Shown: piece by piece, positions 39,250-43,846 of the stretch
Position numbering within the stretch: the stretch's first letter is position 1
Layout of the letters: each line of letters begins with the position of its first letter
NCBI GenBank assembly: GCA_039805705.1
Contig: JBDLTR010000123.1
Coordinates: forward strand, 1 to 43,846
Direction: 5' to 3'
Source of the DNA: Pseudomonadota bacterium
GTDB taxonomy: Bacteria > Pseudomonadota > Gammaproteobacteria > Burkholderiales > Burkholderiaceae_C
DNA length: 43,846 nucleotides
Notes under the pieces: model-generated
Seen by the model: the letters and a program-made list of their open reading frames with translations, nothing else
What the model was told of the DNA's origin: nothing
Databases searched by the model: none
Translations under genes and position numbers: made by a program

Positions 39250-39756
39250 TCAGACCGGCGGCTTGAGGCGCTGTTTGATCACTGCATCGAGCGACAAGCG
39301 TCCTGGCCCCATGAACACCAGCGGCAGCAGCATGGCGATGAAGAGGACCGGCAGCTTGAAGTTGCCGTGACCCTTGTCGGTCAGGGCATAGCCCTGGAGC
39401 AGCTCACCCACGCTCGACCAGGACGCAGGCCAATGCACGCTGAGCATGGCGACCACGGTGAGCACGATCAGCGAGGCCGAGAAAAACCGCGTGCCCAGGC
39501 CCATGAGCAATGCAAAGGCCCCCGCGATTTCGAAGCCGGTGGCCAATGCCCAGTTGATGTCGGCAGGCACGAGGCGAAAGGGCCAGGGAAACTGGTCCTG
39601 GATGTCGGCAAACCAGTTGCTGCCGTGCAGTTTTTCAAAACCGGCTTCACCAAACTCCCAGGCCATCAGCAGGCGCAGGCTCAGCAGGCCGCCCCACAGG
39701 CCCAGGTGGTCGAGGGTGTTCAAACCCTGTCGGGCCAGAACTGACGCAGGGTTCAT
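39250..39756 (-). CDS. DoxX-family membrane protein (HvfX/BufD-like)
   Basis: LRLLMAWEF..AG..K, FE..G...L..GL.TR, HW, GNFKLP, GPGRLSLD; last gene of the MNIO operon. Confidence 0.88.
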   Translation of the reverse strand: MNPASVLARQGLNTLDHLGLWGGLLSLRLLMAWEFGEAGFEKLHGSNWFADIQDQFPWPFRLVPADINWALATGFEIAGAFALLMGLGTRFFSASLIVLTVVAMLSVHWPASWSSVGELLQGYALTDKGHGNFKLPVLFIAMLLPLVFMGPGRLSLDAVIKQRLKPPV

Positions 39757-40487
39757 GTTGCGGCTCCCAAAATGACGCCCTGCGCGCGCAGGTCGGTGAG
39801 CAAGGTGTGTCCGAAAGCCATCAGGGCTTGCGGGTCGGGGTGGTGCATCTCGCGCGCCAGCTGCGCCAAGGCCTGCTGGCCGGTTTGGCCTTCATCCAGC
39901 CAGACGAGCACGCGGGCCGTGACGGCGTTGAGCTCGGCGAACTGCACCGCATGCCGCGCATCACGAAACACCACCAGAAAGGTGGGCTCGGGGCGGCGCG
40001 GCCGCCAGGCCGGCCCGATGCGGTGCACCGGCCAGGGGCTGGCCACGTCGATGCGCGCGGGGTTCAGACACACGGGCCGGGCCATCAGGTCGCCTTGTGG
40101 GTCGTGGGCAGGCACGGCCACGTCGATCACATCGACCGCCAGCTCGGCCCATTCGTAATGGGCCAGATCGGCCAGCCAGCGCGGCAGGGGCTGGGCGATG
40201 TGCCCCTCTTGCAAATAGCGCACGAACTCGCGTGGGATCTCGCGGAACCAGGGGGTGTGCGAGGGCCAGTCGCGGTAGAAGGTGCGGCACAGGCGCCGCC
40301 AGCGGACTTCGCCCAGCAGTTCGCGGCTGACCGGAAAGCAGCTGTCGACAAAACCGCAAACGCTGTTGAACAGCAGCTCGTTGTAGAGCGCCATGCGCCG
40401 CACCGGCACGCCCGCAGGGCGGCGCGTGTGGTGCGGATCGCGCAGGTGCTGCGCCAAATCACGCTGAAACTGTTGAAACGCGCGCAT
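39753..40487 (-). CDS. MNIO partner protein (DUF2063, HvfC/BufC-like)
   Basis: FQRDLAQHLRDP, RMALYNELLFN, FPV, TPWF..I..EF, DLAHYEWAEL; overlaps both neighbours. Confidence 0.88.
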   Translation of the reverse strand: MRAFQQFQRDLAQHLRDPHHTRRPAGVPVRRMALYNELLFNSVCGFVDSCFPVSRELLGEVRWRRLCRTFYRDWPSHTPWFREIPREFVRYLQEGHIAQPLPRWLADLAHYEWAELAVDVIDVAVPAHDPQGDLMARPVCLNPARIDVASPWPVHRIGPAWRPRRPEPTFLVVFRDARHAVQFAELNAVTARVLVWLDEGQTGQQALAQLAREMHHPDPQALMAFGHTLLTDLRAQGVILGAAT

Positions 40488-41353
40488 CAGGCCACCTGCC
40501 TTTGCGGCGACGACGGTGCGCCCGAGGCTTGCTGCTGCAGGCGTGCGATCTGCGCCACCTCTGGCGTGAGCCTGGCCAGGTCAGGGATGTTGAAGTCACG
40601 CTCCAGGCAGGTGGGCACGGCATGGCCGATGCGGGCATAAGCCTCGCGCAGCAGCTGCCAGACCGGGTCGATCACCTCGCTGCCGTGGGTGTCCACCACC
40701 AGGCCGTCTTCTTCCACAAAGTGGCCCGCCACATGGACATAGCAGGTGCGCGCCAGCGGCAGCTGCGCCAGGCAAGCCAGTGGGTCAAAACCGAAGTTGC
40801 GGCTGTTGACGTAGAGGTTGTTCACATCCAGGTGCAGCAGGCAGTCGGCTTGCTCGACCACGGCGTTGATGAATTCGGGCTCGCCCATGTCCGAGCCTGG
40901 CGGCACCATGTACGTGGAGGCGTTCTCCACGCCGATGCGCCTACCCAGGATGTCCTGCGCGCGGGCGATGCGCTCGGCGGTCCAGCGCACCGCCGCTTCG
41001 GTCATGGGGATGGGCAAGAGGTCGTACAGGTGGCTGTCGTCGGCGCACCAGGACAGGTGTTCGGTGTAGAGCGAGATGCCATGCTGGCGCATGAAGTCTC
41101 GCGTGCAGCGCAACAGGGTCTCGTCGAGCGGACCCGGGCCGCCGAGCGAGAGCGACAGGCCATGGCAGACAAAGGGGTGGCGCTCGGTGAAGGCGCGCAA
41201 GGTGTGCGCCGACCGGCCGCCCATGCCGACCCAGTTTTCGGGCGCAATCTCAAAAAACTGGATGTCGGCGGGCACGCCTTGCTGCAACTCGGGGATCAGC
41301 TCGCGGCGAAACCCCAGGCCGGCCGCGTCATTGGGCAGGGCCATGGTGTGCAT
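40487..41353 (-). CDS. Multinuclear non-heme iron oxidative enzyme (MNIO, DUF692; HvfB/BufB-like)
   Basis: GLGFRR, EIAPENW, HGLSLSLG, EHLSW, EN, LDVNN, HVAGH, DTHG and ERD iron-ligand motifs. ATG overlaps the precursor stop. Confidence 0.94.
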   Translation of the reverse strand: MHTMALPNDAAGLGFRRELIPELQQGVPADIQFFEIAPENWVGMGGRSAHTLRAFTERHPFVCHGLSLSLGGPGPLDETLLRCTRDFMRQHGISLYTEHLSWCADDSHLYDLLPIPMTEAAVRWTAERIARAQDILGRRIGVENASTYMVPPGSDMGEPEFINAVVEQADCLLHLDVNNLYVNSRNFGFDPLACLAQLPLARTCYVHVAGHFVEEDGLVVDTHGSEVIDPVWQLLREAYARIGHAVPTCLERDFNIPDLARLTPEVAQIARLQQQASGAPSSPQRQVA

Positions 41354-41607
41354 CACTTTTTCTTGTCGCTGCCGCACTTGCCTTCGCCGCATTTGCCGTC
41401 TTGGGCCTTGCTGCCGGACTTCTTGTCGGCGCCACACTTGGCCTCACCGCATTTGCCATCCTTGGTCTTGGTGTCGGCTTGGGCGATCTGGTAACCGGCA
41501 TCCAAGGTCTTGGTGGCAAAGGGGTTGCCCGCGGCATGCGCGGGCAAGGCGGTGACCGCGGCGAATGCAGAGCCCAGTGCGATGCCGATGAGTTGTTGCT
41601 TGTTCAT
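41353..41607 (-). CDS. Secreted RiPP precursor with KCG repeats (HvfA/oxazolin- or BufA2-like), 84 aa
   Basis: Signal peptide MNKQQ...AHA, NPF motif, then DGKCGEAKCGADKK and DGKCGEGKCGSDKK; CAGGAG RBS. Confidence 0.9.
   Translation of the reverse strand: MNKQQLIGIALGSAFAAVTALPAHAAGNPFATKTLDAGYQIAQADTKTKDGKCGEAKCGADKKSGSKAQDGKCGEGKCGSDKKK
41359..41460. repeat. Two imperfect 42-nt direct repeats (60-nt period) encoding the duplicated KCG core
   Basis: 41359-41400 and 41419-41460 align without gaps. Confidence 0.85.
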
Positions 41608-41689
41608 GAAAATCTCCTGAAAGTGCAGTGGTGGTGAATGACCCCTGGCTTCGCCCGGCGTGGGGGTCTGCATGGGGGTCATGGTGTAA

Positions 41690-41715
41690 TCCGCTAAACA
41701 TCCCCAATAAGTTAC
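41690..41715 (-). promoter_or_regulatory. SigF(ECF16)-type promoter for the RiPP operon
   Basis: Minus strand reads GTAACT-N16-CGGA. Confidence 0.72.
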
Positions 41716-41748
41716 ATCTCAGTGAAAATTTTGTTTTCTTTTGTTTGT

Positions 41749-41774
41749 GTAACTTTTTCAACGTCCGCAACGAA
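41749..41774 (+). promoter_or_regulatory. SigF(ECF16)-type autoregulatory promoter
   Basis: GTAACT-N16-CGAA, ending 8 nt before the sigma factor ATG. Confidence 0.78.
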
Positions 41775-41782
41775 CTCCCTTC

Positions 41783-42343
41783 ATGAGCGAGAGCCTGCAA
41801 GCCATCGAAGCCCGACTGAACGCCTTGTGGCGCGCGTCACAGCAAGGCGACAGCGCGAGCTATGCGCAAGCCTTGACGCTGCTGGGCGCTCAACTTCGGC
41901 GCTATTTGCGCAAACGCCTGCCCGCCCAGAGCGGTGATGTCGAGGACCTTGTGCAAGAAACCCTGATCGCCATCCACCAGAAACGCCACACCTACCAGAG
42001 CAATCAACCGCTCACGGCCTGGGTGTTTGCGATCGCGCGCTACAAGTGGATCGACCATCTGCGCGCGCACGGTCGGCGCGAGCAGCTGCACGAGCCCATC
42101 GACGACTGGGTCGAGACCCTCACGGTGGAGGGCGAAGAGCACGCCAGCGACGCGCAGCGCGATCTGCCGCAGCTGCTGGCTGAGCTGCCCGCCAAACAAC
42201 GTGTGGCCATCGAACACACGCGGCTGCAGGGCCTGTCGGTGGCCGAAACCGCCAAACTGACCGGCCAGAGCGAGGCCTCGGTCAAGGTCAATGTGCACCG
42301 GGGCCTCAAAGCCCTGGTGGCCAAATGGGGAGTCCAGAAATGA
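41783..42343 (+). CDS. ECF sigma factor (SigF/ECF16-like)
   Basis: EDLVQETL..IH.KRHTY, WVFAIARYK.ID, region 4 GLSVAETA...SVKVNVHRGLK; followed by an NrsF-like gene. Confidence 0.93.
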   Translation: MSESLQAIEARLNALWRASQQGDSASYAQALTLLGAQLRRYLRKRLPAQSGDVEDLVQETLIAIHQKRHTYQSNQPLTAWVFAIARYKWIDHLRAHGRREQLHEPIDDWVETLTVEGEEHASDAQRDLPQLLAELPAKQRVAIEHTRLQGLSVAETAKLTGQSEASVKVNVHRGLKALVAKWGVQK

Positions 42344-42978
42344 ACACACAGGCGCTGATCGAGCGGCTCGCGAGCGACACCCGGCCCGCCCCGGCACCGG
42401 CACGCCTGCAACTGGCGCGGGCAGGTCTTTTGGGCGGGCTGGTCGGCATCCTCTTGCTGCTCACCTTGTGGGGCATCAACCCGCAGATGCGCGCCATGGC
42501 CGTGCACCCGGCTTTCCTCACCAAGATGGTCTGGCTCGCCGGCCTGATCGCCTTCAGTGTGCATGGTCTGCTGCGCCTGTCGCGCCCGGGCCTGTCGGCA
42601 GGTCAGACCTGGAAAGGGCTGGCCTTGTGCCTGCTGGCCATGTGGGGCCTGGGCGTGGCGCAGTCGTGGCAAGCCCAGGCCGATGCACGCCTGGCGCTGT
42701 GGCTGGGCGCGTCCTGGCCAGTGTGTTCGGTGAGCATTGCCGCCCTGGCCTTGCCGGTGCTGGCGGCCTTGTTCTGGGCACTGCGCCAGCTCGCGCCCAC
42801 GAACCCCGCACTGGCCGGTGCGGTGGCCGGCGTGCTGGCCAGCAGCCTGGCCGCCTGCCTTTACTCGTTGCATTGCCCAGAAACCAGCTTCGGCTTTTTT
42901 GCGCTCTGGTATGTGGCCGGCATGGCCGCGGTGACCGCATTGGGTGCAGCGCTGGGCCAACGCCTGCTGCGCTGGTGA
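42340..42978 (+). CDS. nrsF: NrsF-like (DUF1109) membrane anti-sigma factor
   Basis: ATGA overlap with the sigma gene; MNT..LI..LA start, about six TM segments, LSRPG, conserved Cys in WPVC and YSLHCPE. Confidence 0.85.
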   Translation: MNTQALIERLASDTRPAPAPARLQLARAGLLGGLVGILLLLTLWGINPQMRAMAVHPAFLTKMVWLAGLIAFSVHGLLRLSRPGLSAGQTWKGLALCLLAMWGLGVAQSWQAQADARLALWLGASWPVCSVSIAALALPVLAALFWALRQLAPTNPALAGAVAGVLASSLAACLYSLHCPETSFGFFALWYVAGMAAVTALGAALGQRLLRW

Positions 42979-43000
42979 AGTCCGCTGCCCCTTGCGGGCC

Positions 43001-43846
43001 TCAGACCGTCTGGGCCAGTGGCAAATTGAGCAGCAGGTTTTGCGGCTTGAGCTTGAGCAAGCCCTGCGCGTCCATGGCCAGTCCCAGGTAGACCGGCTTG
43101 CCGCGCACATCGGCGCGCATGACTTGCGGGTCGTCAAAGCGCAGCGTGAACAGGCTGATGAGCTGCTGCTGGCGCGAGGCGTCGAGCGTGTGCCCCTGGT
43201 ACAGGTCATTGAGCAAGGCGGTGGCCGTGGCGTCCAGCCCCACGTGCCAGCGCCAGCCCGGGTCGTCGACTTTTTGCACCGGGGTGATCTGCACCGCCAC
43301 ACCCAGAAAATGTTGCACCCAGCGGGTCAGCACCCCCGACAAGGCCTTGAGCCCGGAGCGCGCGTTGACCATGTTCAGCACCAGACCGTGCGGCAGCTCT
43401 TTCTGGATGTCGTGCGTCAGATCGAGCAAGAAAGCGTGGCGGCCCAAGCCCTCGCGCTGCGCCCAGTAGTCCGCAGCGTTGTCCGGGTGCAGCACCCGCA
43501 CATCGACCGCCTTGAGCGGGGCTCCGGCCTCGCGCAACAGGCGGCCCATCTCGCCCAAGCCTGCGGTGGTTTGCAGGGTGTCCAGCGTCTCGCTGTCGCC
43601 CGCCAGCACACGGCCGTTCTGAACCGTGATGCGTTGGCGGCGGAACAGCAGCTCGGCCGCGCGCCAGGTCCAGGCGTCGTCGGTGCCATCGAGCACGTTG
43701 CAGACGATGGCCTGCACCACCAGATCCATGAAAAGCGGTGGCAGCTGGATTTGGCCGCTGTGCATCCAGGCCATGTAGGCCGATTCCAGCGAACCTGCGC
43801 TTTCCACCTCGTCGCGAAAGCGCAGGAACAGGGCGTGGTTCTCGCG
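43001..43846 (-). CDS. DUF6352-like protein (5' end beyond right edge)
   Basis: Frame is open to the window edge; LPPLF.D, RAAELLFR.Q, W.WHVGLD, LNDLY.G, VYLGLAM, KPQNLL.NLPL. Family name from memory. Confidence 0.7.
   Translation of the reverse strand, partial: RENHALFLRFRDEVESAGSLESAYMAWMHSGQIQLPPLFMDLVVQAIVCNVLDGTDDAWTWRAAELLFRRQRITVQNGRVLAGDSETLDTLQTTAGLGEMGRLLREAGAPLKAVDVRVLHPDNAADYWAQREGLGRHAFLLDLTHDIQKELPHGLVLNMVNARSGLKALSGVLTRWVQHFLGVAVQITPVQKVDDPGWRWHVGLDATATALLNDLYQGHTLDASRQQQLISLFTLRFDDPQVMRADVRGKPVYLGLAMDAQGLLKLKPQNLLLNLPLAQTV

Noticed and set aside
41340-41356. Possible selenocysteine read-through of the precursor's TGA, given the nearby senB
   Set aside because: The TGA follows DKKK rather than a KCG position, overlaps the MNIO ATG (TGATG), and I see no convincing SECIS
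43001-43846. DUF6352-like gene (often near formate dehydrogenase clusters, from memory) as a partner removing formate from nicotinate breakdown
   Set aside because: The gene is truncated, more than 10 kb from the nic locus, and its upstream context is outside the window

Overview
GC-rich betaproteobacterial DNA (Burkholderiales, Comamonadaceae-like by gene content), densely coding. I found no rRNA, tRNA, CRISPR array or transposase. From left to right: a truncated LysR regulator facing mmsA and a GMC dehydrogenase (probably 3-hydroxypropionate catabolism); a candidate ~130-nt sRNA; housekeeping genes (TauE-type exporter, Ca2+/H+ antiporter, alr, DedA, DMT, glutathione peroxidase, glcEF, SMP-30 lactonase); and a TRAP transporter. 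Next is a ~16-kb divergent nicotinate-catabolism locus. It combines an aerobic-type NicAB-like Mo/cytochrome c hydroxylase with the reductive 6-hydroxynicotinate reductase and enamidase. It also carries an ApbE-like UPF0280 protein, two uncharacterised AA_synth/DUF1185 paralogs, a ferredoxin/Fpr pair and a TetR regulator with two palindromic operator candidates. After it come torF-glnK-amtB under a sigma54/NtrC promoter, comM, an MFS gene, an orphan selenosugar synthase senB, and a complete MNIO (DUF692) RiPP cluster of the oxazolin/bufferin type with twin SigF-type promoters and sigF-nrsF. A truncated DUF6352-like gene ends the window. Non-coding highlights are two diverged copies of a long-stem palindromic element with a shared loop motif, and several apparently leaderless genes. 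All family assignments are from recognised motifs and gene context; no searches were run.
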